From contig NC_092671.1 in NCBI RefSeq assembly GCF_964355755.1, positions 4,216,001-4,280,000 on the forward strand: DNA of 64,000 nt, in the 5' to 3' direction. Position 1 is the first letter of the stretch; each line of letters opens with the position of its first letter. A model generated the notes under the pieces. The model did no database searches. It was given only the letters and a program-made list of their open reading frames with translations, and had not been told where the DNA came from. A program made the position numbers and the translations under genes. Of the stretch, positions 47,601-60,300 are shown piece by piece. This DNA comes from Antedon mediterranea (taxonomy: Eukaryota; Animalia; Echinodermata).

Positions 47601-49889
47601 TATTGACTTACATACAAAAATATACAGCAGTTAACATTTCTACCATAAACAGCGAACTGAGCTGTATTCTATTTGGCGACTTCTCTAATTTCAGTTCCAA
47701 GTTACCATTTTTCTTGGAAGACTTCTCTGAAAATCCTGTTGTACACACTCTATTTAGCAAGAATAATATAATTCACTTAAGTTGTCCCTTTAAAAAGGTT
47801 CTTTTGAAATTATTTACACTTTAAAAATGAATACAGTACCTTGAGCACATAGTGCAACATGCCTTCAGTGAGCTAGAGAACATCAACCCAATGCTAGCAT
47901 TGTACTCAGTTAAAACAAACGTCAACATATCCAACCTACAAATAAAACAAATGTTGATTTGACTACTGTATATCTACAGTATATTATAAAAGAGAATTTA
48001 TATGTGCATATACAGCTAAACCAAGTTGAAACACTGGTTCTCGTCAGATCACCAAAGTTAAGCAATATTGGGCCCGGTTAGAGCTTGGATGAGAGACCAT
48101 CTGAGAATATCGGGTGCTGTATATATGGAGCTGGGGTCCTGTTAGGCATTTGAAATCAGCACTGCTGACTTCTATAGCAGCCCCTGCCAAAGGTGCTTTA
48201 AACAGTCCTGGCTATAGTTTTATCCATGCAAGATTATTGACATTGTAGTTCGCAACAGATATCAGCCTTAATAATATTAACTATTTTACAAAGATGTACC
48301 GTTTTTGTGAATCAACTGCTTCTATTTGCGGATAAGGACCCTGTGTTACTGTACGATGATCAGAGCGTTGATAAGATAATAAACTTTCTGTTAAAGCCAT
48401 TTGGTGCATTGGCTGAAAGACAAAGGAGACACATAAGTAATAGTCACCTCTCATACAAATAGATTCTGTAATAGTTTTTACCCCTTTTCCATTAGAGCAC
48501 CGAGTATAAAGCTCTGTCTACACTATCAAACTTTATGTGACAACAAAATGTGATGTGCCCATATATGGACGTGATGATGTCATATCACTACTACATTTTG
48601 GCATATCACTACCATATTTGGTTACAATACACTTTTTTGTCAAACTAGATTGATAGTGTAGACAGAGCTTAGGAGAATGATGTGACCTTTTTTTGTCATT
48701 TGGATTTGCACTGTTTTTCTGTATTGTGATGTGTATTTTCTATGTATATTTTTGATAACAAATGGAAATGAAATTTCAGTATGAAATGATCGTAGCATTA
48801 TACTTTGATATAATGAAATGTAAAAAGTTAACTTACTTCGTGATAGACAGAGGGTTTAGACAGGGTTGGTATTGTGTATGAATAGACACGCGCATCACCA
48901 GAGTTATTAACAACCTCCTGCAAAGATAAAAAAATTATAAATTTCTCAGATAATATTTTATTTATCTTAATATTTCCTCAATTTCATTTAATAGGAATAC
49001 ACATTATAGGTTTATCACACACAGTAACAATGTTTAAGCTTACCATATTGTATATACCTAACAGCAAAGTCTCAATCCGACCAGAATTCTGATGAAAAAT
49101 TATGTTTTGGATTAGATATTTTTATGTGTAAAAAAATAGACACTATATAATAATTTGTTACAGTTCATTGTCTCATAGTCACTTAATGTGCATAGATAAT
49201 TAATTTTATACATTGATAAATAGTAGAATTAAATAACTACCTTGTGTGTTGCATTGGCCCAAAGATACTGCCAAACCAATGTGGGGACAAACTGAAGGCA
49301 GAACATTCGCAGTTCTGGCTCTCCAGAACGATAAAATTCATACAACTGGCTACACACTGGATCAAATAACTGAAATATTAAGACAGAGTTTGTTCAACTA
49401 AATTTTAAGTATATCTCATAGATACTGTTGTAGAAGCAATCAGTTGTAACATTATACATCAAAAACAACTTTTATAAGAGTTGATAATTACCTCACTTGA
49501 TTGGTCAGAAAGTATAGCGGAAAGACTCTCAACAATTTGTTCATTTTTCATCAGTTTAGCAGCATAATGAGAAATATCAGCTGATGTAAGTGACTATGAA
49601 AAATAATTTAATAAATCTATTAATTATTTAGGAATTCTATCAAATTTTACTACTATAACCTATGATGGTTGTTTACAAAATTATTTTTGCTTTAAATACT
49701 GTTTCGTTGGCTGTAAAAGTTAACTTTAAATTGACTTCTTATATTTTATGAGGAAGAAAGGACAGAATTTGAGGCAAGGGTTTAGAAAAATAGAAAGAAA
49801 AAATGCAAATAGAAAAGTTAAATGGAAACCCTATGATGCCTTGCCTTATATTCTGTTAACCACTCCTGTACTAAACGTCTACTGTCCAT
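44675..49889 (-). CDS. HYCC1: Hyccin / FAM126 (PI4KA complex subunit), ~463 aa; exons 49845-49889, 49492-49593, 49241-49369, 49044-49088, 48837-48917, 48300-48412, 47840-47935, 47612-47749, 47267-47354, 46803-46956, 45887-45904, 44675-45057; probable non-coding exon ending at donor 50339
   Basis: MDSRRLVQEWLTEYK|SLTSADISHYA..LFDPVCSQLYEFYRSGEPELRMFCLQFVPTLVWQYL..IETLLLGIYNM..IPTLSKPSVYHEP..MALTES..MANAIKNSL closely matches FAM126A/B. Total 1392 nt in frame. Likely a single co-ortholog of HYCC1/HYCC2. Confidence 0.92.
46095..46777. mobile_element. Family-A MITE split by the Kolobok-like insertion
   Basis: Left part 46095-46241 and right end TAGTGTAGATAGAGCT (to 46777) rejoin into a family-A copy when the insert is removed. 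Confidence 0.8.
46242..46757. mobile_element. Kolobok-like MITE nested inside a family-A MITE
   Basis: 16-bp perfect TIR AGATGTATTGTCCCTT/AAGGGACAATACATCT; TTAA duplicated at 46238-46241 and 46758-46761. Confidence 0.85.
47004..47142. mobile_element. Family-A MITE
   Basis: AGCTCTGTTTACACTATCAAACT ... AGTTTGATAGTGTATTAAGAGCT. Confidence 0.8.
48008..48121 (+). pseudogene. Diverged 5S rRNA copy (5S pseudogene or 5S-derived SINE3 head) in a hyccin intron
   Basis: TACAGCTAAACCAAGTTGAAACACTGGTTCTCGTCAGATCACCAAAGTTAAGCAATATTGGGCCCGGTTAGAGCTTGGATGAGAGACCATCTGAGAATATCGGGTGCTGTA is colinear with invertebrate 5S rRNA. Many CpG-type substitutions, altered C-box, no T-run terminator. Confidence 0.85.
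48510..48669. mobile_element. Family-A MITE
   Basis: AGCTCTGTCTACACTATCAA ... TTGATAGTGTAGACAGAGCT (20-bp perfect TIR). Confidence 0.85.
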
Positions 49890-51340
49890 TTTCTTGCAAA
49901 AATGCGTTGTCTGTTGTAAAAAATAAAGTAATTTTATATTTATTATTTAGGGCATATAGACTAGTTGGTTTATATTTGATAGTTTATCATTAGTTAATAG
50001 TTACTTATCGTTGCCCTACATGCTTTGTGCTGCAACACAAACAGTTCTCTTTAAAATGCTAATGTTATTATGCAAAATGGGCTCATTTGTCCACAAGTGG
50101 GCACACTATGTATAGGAACACGGTAAGAAGGCGCGAGTCGATCAAGCTAGTAGTAGTAGTGTAGTAGGCCTAAAGGTCAAAGGCGTGAACACCATACTCC
50201 ACTAACAAGGCCTATTTTGTTATGTTAGTGCTAATGTAAGCATACAAAATAACTTTATTATTGTAATCATTCTATTCTAGGTAATTTATATTAATTATTA
50301 TAAATAAAAAGGTGAAATAACAACAAACGTAGGCCTACCGCAAAACCAACTCTTATCTTGTCATCGTTTGCGCCCTCCAAACAATAGATGGCGCCGTCTC
50401 CTTTAAAAAAAATGTTCGGTCTTGATTTTTACTCAAAGTTCCTATAATAGAATTCTGTACTAAATTCGGTATAAAACAGCAGATCTTATGCCATTTTGAT
50501 ATTTTAGCTCACATAATAGAAATTATTAAAAACCATTTCAGACTCTAAACAAGTGTAGCGGTACATGTAATCATAGAGATTATAGTAACTAACAATTATA
50601 GTTCGCTATAATATAATAGACAATATTGGTATATTTATTGTTTTATTTGTAACATACATAAACAACAGAATTACAAAAATGAATACAGGTAATTCACAAA
50701 TCTCATCTTTATTAAGAATTTTCATATGATTACGAAGCATGATATAAAAGATGTTTTTGTTAAATTGCACAAAGATTTTTATGACCAAATATATTGGTAC
50801 AAATGACTTTGATAAAAGTTTTTCAGATTTATACAATACTGTTTATATCCATACACAATAAAAAAGGAATATCTTTTATAACAAGGTAGGCCTACACTCA
50901 ACTAACACAGTATAAAAAGACATATACAGTATTTACAAAGTTCTCTGTATTCTCAGTATGTTATATCTCCACTAATTTTAATAATCTAGACACATTTTTT
51001 TTAACACAGTGACGGAACTAGACTAGGAAGTACCACTCGCCCTTCTCCCATCCAACTCCTATCTGAATTTTACCATGATGTAATAAAATGATACAGGGTG
51101 TGTGCAGATGATGGTAGCATACTATCCTAAATATGATTGGTCAATCTCCGAGTCTCTGTTGTTGGAAGCAGCTGTGTGACATGAAAGCTTGACCTTTACG
51201 GAGATGAAGGTTGTTGTCTGAACTGTGTGCAATTCTGTCTAGTAGACAGCAAGTCATAGGTTACTCTCCGCATTTATTTACTGTTTGTCAAAACGATGAG
51301 AATTTATAAACAATCGACAAACTCTTTGGTTCTTTGGTTT

Positions 51341-54300
51341 TCATTCTGGAGTATCTGGTTCGTAGTCTCGTTCTCGTTTTAATCGCTTTTCTTGTAAGCA
51401 TGCCTCAACCCAATCTGTTGAAACCAAGTGGCGCTTTTTCTGCAGGTCATGGTTCAAATTTCGACAACTTTTCAGTCTTGTCAGGTCACTGAAACAAATA
51501 AAAATATTTATTATTTTATAGAATAATAATTTATATAACATTTAAAAACTGACATGGTAAAGTTAAAAGTATAGTAAATTTAAAAAAAAAACAATGTTAC
51601 TACAAAATTGAAATAAATTCAAGAAAAAGTTTACCACATTATTAAAATAATTAAGGAAATGTAAAAGGTTTAATTTAGTTTAAAAACATAATTTTAACAT
51701 TTTTTTGTGTAATACTGTAGTTTAAAAACTTACATTTTATCAAACACAATATGTGTAACTTCCTCATCAAGAACATCTGTAACAGTCGCTCCGTGGAATT
51801 TCATCTCCACAGCAACCAACTCCAGCATACTGTCTTTTATTTTCTATGTTAAAAATAAAATAAAATATTAATATTATTCAAAAGTGAAATACAATTAAAC
51901 TATTTACAACCAATTTATTATTTTAGAAAAAAACCAGAATGTTTAAAATATGCACTGGGCTTAGGATAAGAATGCAACAACATTAGTTTTCTCATTTTTT
52001 ATTATTAATTAACCCTTCAAGACACCTCCGAACTAACAAACATTTAAAATAAATCTTCTATGCAAAGCAACCTTGTGTGCCAATTACATTTTTTCAAAAC
52101 ATGTGTGAAATCTAACACAAGTAGCTTAGATCCTGGAGAGTGCTTCAAATGGTATCATGCATGGTGTTACTGAGCTACCTACAGTGGTTGGATCACTGAT
52201 CACAAGACTGTTGTCCATATAGACCCTACAAAGGCGGAACAAGCCAAGTGGAGATTCATCTGTAAAGTACTTATGCTCAATCTCAGCAATCTCTAACGCA
52301 CTCAGCTTACTACTATTGTTCTGTAAAATACAAACATCCACACGACTCTATTAAAATGTTAAACATTATTTTACATTAAAAATGTTCAATTTATCTCAAA
52401 ATTTCATTGAATACAGTAGAAGCTTTATAATAAGGCCAATAACGTCGTTTAATACGGATTTCCCTGAATAGACGTTGGCCATTGTGTTATAAAATTATAT
52501 TGCACTTCATTTGTTTTACAGGAAAGTTTCCCCTTAAGAGGGGTGTCCCAAATAAGGGGTTCTACTGAATTTGAATTTATAGGAAAGAGAAAGAGCAGCA
52601 GCAGGTCATAAACGCCTATGTTATAACATACCTTTTAATACTGCAAACAAAAATGCATTCAAATTACTACAGTACAAAGTTCTTTCAAACATGACATGGC
52701 AAGATTCCCACTGGTGACAGATAACAAAGATGCTGGTGTCATGGTAACCATTTAAACAACAATCTCACCTGTTTTTCAATGTTTTCAAATATTTCTTTGA
52801 GCTTCTCTATTGAAACATCTTCTGTATAGCTGTCACCATGGCGATCATATTGCAGATGAAATTCGGCAGCTGTCTCAGGAGATTTGTGTATCATGTGCTT
52901 TGGTAACCATGGTAACATACTTTTATTTTTCTAATAAGTAGGATAATTTAAAATTTAAACAAAATTACTGATGTTGTTTACTTTTTACGATTTTTAGTTA
53001 TAATGTTGTAATAAAAATAATAAACCTAAATCAAGAATAATTGGAAATTTCAGCAATCCACAATCAGAATGAAAGCACTGAAACTGAGTGAAGCATATTG
53101 GCACAGAGGGCGGTTGTTGATATTTTGGCCCATTTTGGAAAAATACAAAGTTATAATAATGAACCGATTTTCTTGAATTTCAAAAGGCATTTTCTGTAGG
53201 TATATATCTATTTACACTGAAAAATTCAGAATGATAACTTGAAAATTGTAAAATCGTTATCAAACAAACAAAGCAAGTACTATACTATACTTGGCAAAAT
53301 TATATTTTTTATACGTAATAACATAACATAAGTAACTAGAGGGTACTCCGAGAGTACAAACCTCCGCCTACTGTAAAATTCCCCAACATAAAATGCCCCC
53401 TGAATATTTTTTTTTTACATTTTTTTTTATTAGTTCTAAGTGTAAATATGTTAACTGCACACTACAAAGTTGTGGATGACAGTGTGGTGTAATGGTTATG
53501 TATTCAGCCTCTCACAGTTGAGATCGCTGGTTAAAGTCCCACTGAGGGGGTTTTTTTTTTTTTTATTATTTTTTTTTTTTATTTATTTTTTTTTTGTGGA
53601 CATTGATCTTTGACCCTGACACTTCAAAATTTAAATTTAATGTGTCATTGATCATTGTGGCTAAGTTTGGTGAGAATCGGATCAAAACTGTGGTCTCTAG
53701 GCAGTAAAATAGTTTTTTGTTAGTTGTGACCTTGACCTATGACCTTTTCCCCTCAAATTCGAACTCGTCCGAGCTTTTTGGGCATAGATCATTGTGTCCA
53801 AATTTGGTTAGAATCGGATAAAAACTGTGGCCTCCAGGCTGTTCACAGACACACACACAAACACACACACAAACATACAGGGGTGAAAACATAACCTCCT
53901 TGGCGGAGGTAATAAATGGAATTTAAACTTACAAGACTGTCAATTAACCAAGATGCATGTACAACATCATGCTCCCCAGAACTGTGAAATAAAGGAATAT
54001 ACATATAATTTATAATATTAATTTAATATCCTAAACAATTTAAAATGTTCATAAATTTCAATACTAACATTTTAAAAACTGACCTTATGACATTTTGAAC
54101 TTTGACATTGACCTTTTCAGCAACTACACAGTAGGTGTCCACACTTGGATTTTGAGTAATTGTACCTCCGTGTTCCACAACCTTCTTCTCAAGTTCAGTT
54201 TTAGGACAATCACTTGGACCATTAAAGATACAAAACTCAATGTCTTCAAACATTTCTGAAATCTGTAGGAAACAATTAGTACATCATACTACTTGGAAAA

Positions 54301-57300
54301 TCTATGTATTCCACACAAGTCTCAAGTCTCTCGATAATGGCGTTTAAAAAATATATATTTTGAGTAATAGTGCGCTAATTCTGCAACTTCTTTTGATTGA
54401 TTTGGATTACATACGATAGTGCATAAATTTACAATTGAAGACCTGCTACCCAATATTTCATTTTCCCAAGTTGGAACAACTGTTGACAATGCTATTATAC
54501 TATCACCGTCATCACATCAAAATCAACTTCACTTTTATTGCTCAAACATCATCATTACAACATCATTTATCCTCTATTTCCAATTATTATTCCTACTGCC
54601 ATCTGCCATCAAAATTACCAATTCAAACATAATTTACAAACCTGTTTAAGACTGGAAGTATCTGCAGCGCGGAATCTCGCTGCCACGCTAGCCTTCTGTT
54701 CAACTCTTGTTATTTTCCTCTTCTTTACTTGAGGTTGCTGGTCATCATCATCAACCACAACATGCCGTGAAGCTAACTTCCCATCAGCTAACTGCAAATA
54801 TTTAAATATTTAACCATAAGAAGTCAACTTTATACTAATAATATGACAGTTTAAAGCTCTGTCTATACTATCTAACTTTATGTGACCATAAAATATGATG
54901 TGATGATGATGTGATGATCACTACCATATTTGGGCATATCACTGCACATCACACTTTTTTTGTCAAACTAGTTTGATAAGTGTAGACAGAGCTTAAAACT
55001 GCCATTAAAGCCTACGAATTTCTTCTTTCTATCATAGTATTTGTATTTGTATAGATTAAATTTGAGACAATTTTTTCTTCTTGTTCGTTTGTACAGATGA
55101 GAACTTACAATTTGTTTGTGTTATGAATCTATATAAATACAAAAATTACAATCAAACACAATAGATTTATGATGATCCACTTAATCCTTATTCAGTACAC
55201 AGAATCAATTTTTACTGGGTTACTAAGAAAGTGTGTTAAAGTGTAATGTCTACTAAAAAGCTATGACTAAAGGTAGATAACGATATTAACAATTTTTAGT
55301 TAGTTAGTTGAATCTTTCTAAGGACGTAACTTACCTTCCTTAAATTACTCAGTTCTTCAGTAGTCATACACTGGTTCCAAGCTTTGTCATCTCGCAACTT
55401 CTCTACACGTGGAAACCGCAGCGTACAACCTGTTCTGTAACTAAAAAACCAATACAGAAACATTTAGGTACATTTAAAATGTGCATAGTAATATTGCCTA
55501 GCTATCTTTCACCTTACAAAGTAAAGAGAACTCCTACTCACTCTTTTGCATATGTGATCTCAGTAGCTTTAACTTGAACGATGACAGATTGTGATGGTTC
55601 AATCCATATCTCAGGTTTTTCCTGTAACAAATATTTATATTCTAATATCAATCATGAAAAAAATTACCATAAATTAGTTGTATGATAATTTGATTTGATG
55701 TATTTGTAGGGAACAACAAGTGATTAGCAGCCTAAAAACTGGGCTGAATTGCGCACAATTGTGAAGCACTTTCTTCTCCCCTAAGTGTTCCATATTTCTC
55801 TGTGCTTTTTACTGTTCAGTCAACAAGTTGTTTCCAAGCCAATTTGACTACTTTTTAAACAATTGAATAACTATTATGTGATATTAAAATGGCATATTCA
55901 ACAAAAAATTGAATATATCTTTAATGTAAAATTGTCATGAGTAAATAACAATAATGGATAATTTACATTTGTCAACAATAGATGGTGTGGGCATTTGTCT
56001 TTCTCTAGTGCTTTCCAGTGGGGTAACAGCTTCACATTCAGATCATAGAGTTCTTGGTACGTATATCCTGATCCAACCTAAAATTCAAAGAAATCAAAAT
56101 TATTCACCATCATATTTTCCATATTACAAAAGGTTACTGATATTATTTTAGGCAAATTGCTATTTCCTTCTCGAAAATGGCAACTGGGACTCTGCTCACA
56201 AGACAAACATATACACAAGATGCTTTGGGAGTGGAGTATACCAAGGAGTGGAGTTGCTTTTTAGTCATGAGAACAAATCATAACTGGATTTAAACCCATC
56301 ACCCTGGGATTGGTAGCCAAGCATCTTAAACACCAAAATTTAAAAAGAACAACTGTGAATTACCTTACAGAAAGACTTAAAATACTTTGGTTCATCTCCT
56401 TCGTTTGAGGGCGGTACAGCAACACCGAGGAGAAAGTGAGAAATCACTTTAGATCGTTTCTGAGTAAGAAAGAAAAGGGTAAGTACCCTTATACATAAAA
56501 TCGTTCTAAAAAAATACTGTTTTGCCATTTATAAAAGGCAATACAAAATTATCAAATGCCTATCATGTGTTTGGAAAGAGAAACAGACAGCTCTATCTAC
56601 ACTATCAAACTATTTTGACAAAAAATTGTGATGTGCCCAAATATGGTAGTGATATGCCCAAATAGTGATATGTCCATATATGAGAACATCATATTTTTTT
56701 GTCACATAAAGTTTGATAGTGTAGGCAGAGCTTTAAAAATGTGCTGAACTTGAATCATGTCCCATTTATTTTTTGAATTTTAAATATGCTGGGCCCTCTT
56801 GAATTTGCATATGCATTCACAAAGATTCTCTGAGGTAAGATAACTAGTAACCTTTGACATACCCCTTTTCCAAAGTAACCTCCAATTATAAGGAGGTCCA
56901 ACTCATCCATCATGTTGTCCATATATTCAGGTTTAATTTTAAGCCATCCACTTCCTGGAGAAGAAACGGTAACAGTTGGTGTAACATTTTGAAAAATTAT
57001 GATCTTGAAAGACAAAAGAATAATTTATGAGGCACTTTTTAACACAGTCTTACAGTAATTAAAAAGAAGTAGAAGAATGAAAAAGGTGATCTTTGAGAGC
57101 AGATTTAAAGGTAAGAAAACCTTTAGCCTAGGCATATGTAGACCTAAAGTGGTAGCCAAGACCACAATAGCTACATAAAATATATCTGCCTCAACAACAA
57201 CAAAAAAGATTAACCTCGAGCATTAAATTAAAATCTTATTTTAAATTGGCATTTTTTTACTGGTGTCTGAAATGCATTCAACAATATTTTTAAATACTGT

Positions 57301-60300
57301 AGGAAGAAAGTCCTTCCATTCCAGTGAATTTTTTTTAAAGGATTTACCTTTTCGTTTATCTGGTCTATAAATAGATTCCGGATTCTTTATAACAATTCCT
57401 TCTTCCCTGCCATCAATTGCTTTATTTAAAGCATCAGCCACATCTTGTCTATAACAAAAAATAAATTGAGACACATCAGCACAATGCCTATAACAACTCA
57501 CCGAGAGCAAACTTAGTTCAATTTTTAAGCTGATTCAATGATGTAATCTCTAAAAAGGATTCACTGAGAGTAGCTGAATGTATGACTCATCAACAAAGTA
57601 GCATTTAAAAGGATCCATTTGGAGTAGATGATAGAGTAGACTTACTTTGTAGAAGCATCTTGTCGCGTTACTATCTCAATACGTCCTTCTGTGTGTGTGA
57701 ACACCCTGAAACAGATTTTAACATGACAATAAGACAAAACAAAACATGGCTCAGTCGTCAGACCCACTATAGTAATGCCTGCCTAAGCTACAGGCCCTTT
57801 TAAATGTTGTAAATCATGTTATTATTGAGTGGTGCTGAGGAACATCATAAATAACATGATTCACAATAATTTTTTAAATAAATCATATGGTTTAAGAATA
57901 CACATACAAAAACAGAATAAATTTGCTATATGATATATTGTGTGAATTGGGTTAAAGTTGTAGTATCTTCTGGAAACAAAATGTCTTACTTTGGAATGTA
58001 ATGGATACGCTCTTTGAAAGGAAGGTTGGCCAGTTTCTGACCATTCAACAGCAAGATGTCAAAGACAATGAAACAAATTTGAAGATCTAAAAAATTAAAT
58101 AAAGTGAAGAAAATAAACATACACTATTATATACTCCATTAAATATAAATTTGTGGTACTGAATGGCACAATAGTGATTATTTCAAATCCCTTGCATATT
58201 TGATTGTTCGTTGTTATTTTTAACTACTCACCAGTATCTCTCATTGATTTGACATCAAAGTTTTCTCCTTTTGACCTAAATACAAACAACAATTTAAAAA
58301 AGCAAAACAATTACATTTTTTTTTTAGATTGTCGGTACTGAATCAATAATTTGTCCCGTATCATACTGTAGCCAAATTCTGTAATACAGTGTGACATATG
58401 TATCCCATCTGACACCGGTATCACAGACCACAAGTCTAAACTAAACATAATACAGGTATCACATGTGATGCATATGTGACACTGTATTAAAGAATTTGCC
58501 TATGATACATGATGTGAATTATATGTTGAGATATAGCACAGTTAATCTGGTCTTCTTTTACATAACGTTAAAAGAAAGAATTACGATGAACTGTAAACTT
58601 ACATAAAGGCTTTAGTTTCTGGATTATAGGCAATCACCTCACCATCTAAAATACAAGATTTTACATCACTATAAAAAAAAACCAAAAAGACAAAATAAGG
58701 GTAAATCAACAGCAGAGATTTCTGCATGCCACAAGATTACATTATCAGTACTGTACTGTATATTAATTATATAAAATTATATAATAATTATAATAAACTA
58801 CAAAATATCTACCTTTTGAAGTACTTGGCAGCATACTGTGTAAATGTCCCTGAATAGGAATCTTCACCAAACACATGACTGTATTCATGAGACCTGAAAG
58901 GGGTAACATTTCACAATTCTGAGCATTATTTAAATTTCACTAACCAATCATTTTTTTGGTTTTCTGAAAATTATTATTTTACATAATGAATTTGTAGAAC
59001 TTTTAAAGCTTAAGAACTGGTTTTGAAGAATTTCCAGTATAAGTAGTCTTGCTACGGGGGTGTTTACTAATAAGAAAAAAGTAATTTAACAAAATGCTAA
59101 CCTCCTCGAGAAATATTTGTACTTGTCGCCATCCTTGTGGAGTTGCATACGTTCACCGTCAACTTTTGTTTCAATAAAGAAAGGCTTATGTTCCATCAAT
59201 TTCTCAACCTATTGCAAAGAAGGAAATTTGATAATAAAATACTGTGTTTTCTTAATTATAAAAATTTATCGCGTCATGTAATAGAGACCAACTTGTTCTC
59301 AGGTCACAATTTAAAAACATAATTACTAGGAGTTTTTCAGCTGAAGTGGAAAAAACTGAATGCAAAAAAAATCAGCAAATCACAACTCTGGTAGATAAAA
59401 TTGAATTGAAAGTTAGGCCTACCTGGTTTATTGTAGCCCTCATTCCAAGCATAGGGCTAAATGGTGAGAACACCTCGATTGCTATCTCATTCATACGGGT
59501 TTCAGAGTTCCTCAGGTCCTTGCACACCTTGCAAGTAAAATATAATATATATATATATATTTTGTATACCTAATATATTTTGTATATATTATATACAAAT
59601 TAATGTAATAAATGTCATTAATTAAACATTTGATATAATTTACCTTTGATAAGCTGTTGGTGACATTAAAATATTCATCTGCATCTTGATGGAAAACAGA
59701 GAAGATGGAACTCTGACTTAGTCCAACCTTCATTTCCTAAATAAATAAGACATTGAAATTGATTAATTAATTGAAACTAAAATGAAACCACTCAGTAAAG
59801 TAAAAAATATATCAGCGAAACTACAATTAGAGAGAGAGAGGGCTAACTACTGTACTTGATACTTTGGCCCATCTTAAAAGAATACAGAGGGTGTGCTATC
59901 AATATTTTAGTTCATTTTTAAGATACAGGTAACTCAGATTTTAATATAAGCTTTTGTGAGGTCACCAATAAATAAATTTTGTTGAAAATTAATAGGTATG
60001 TTCTGTAAGTATATACTGTACCTATTAACATCCAAACATTCATGACCAGGCCAAGGGCTTTCAATTTCAGGATAAGGGGAAAGGGAATGTAGAAAAAAAT
60101 TGCCCGATACCTTCATAATCATCCTAATAAGCCATTTCTGTTCCAGTGCACTTGTGTTCCGTAGTAGATGCATCAAGTTCTTTTTCACAAGATCTTTTTT
60201 CTTTGCAGCATTATTTAAAGCAATTCCATCCAGGCAATCATTAACTTCCTTAATTGTTAAACTAAAAAAAGATAATTACCAATTTTAATTTTAAAACAAT

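Noticed and set aside
48008-48121. Functional 5S rRNA gene
   Set aside because: Too many substitutions in helices and the internal promoter, single intronic copy, no terminator.
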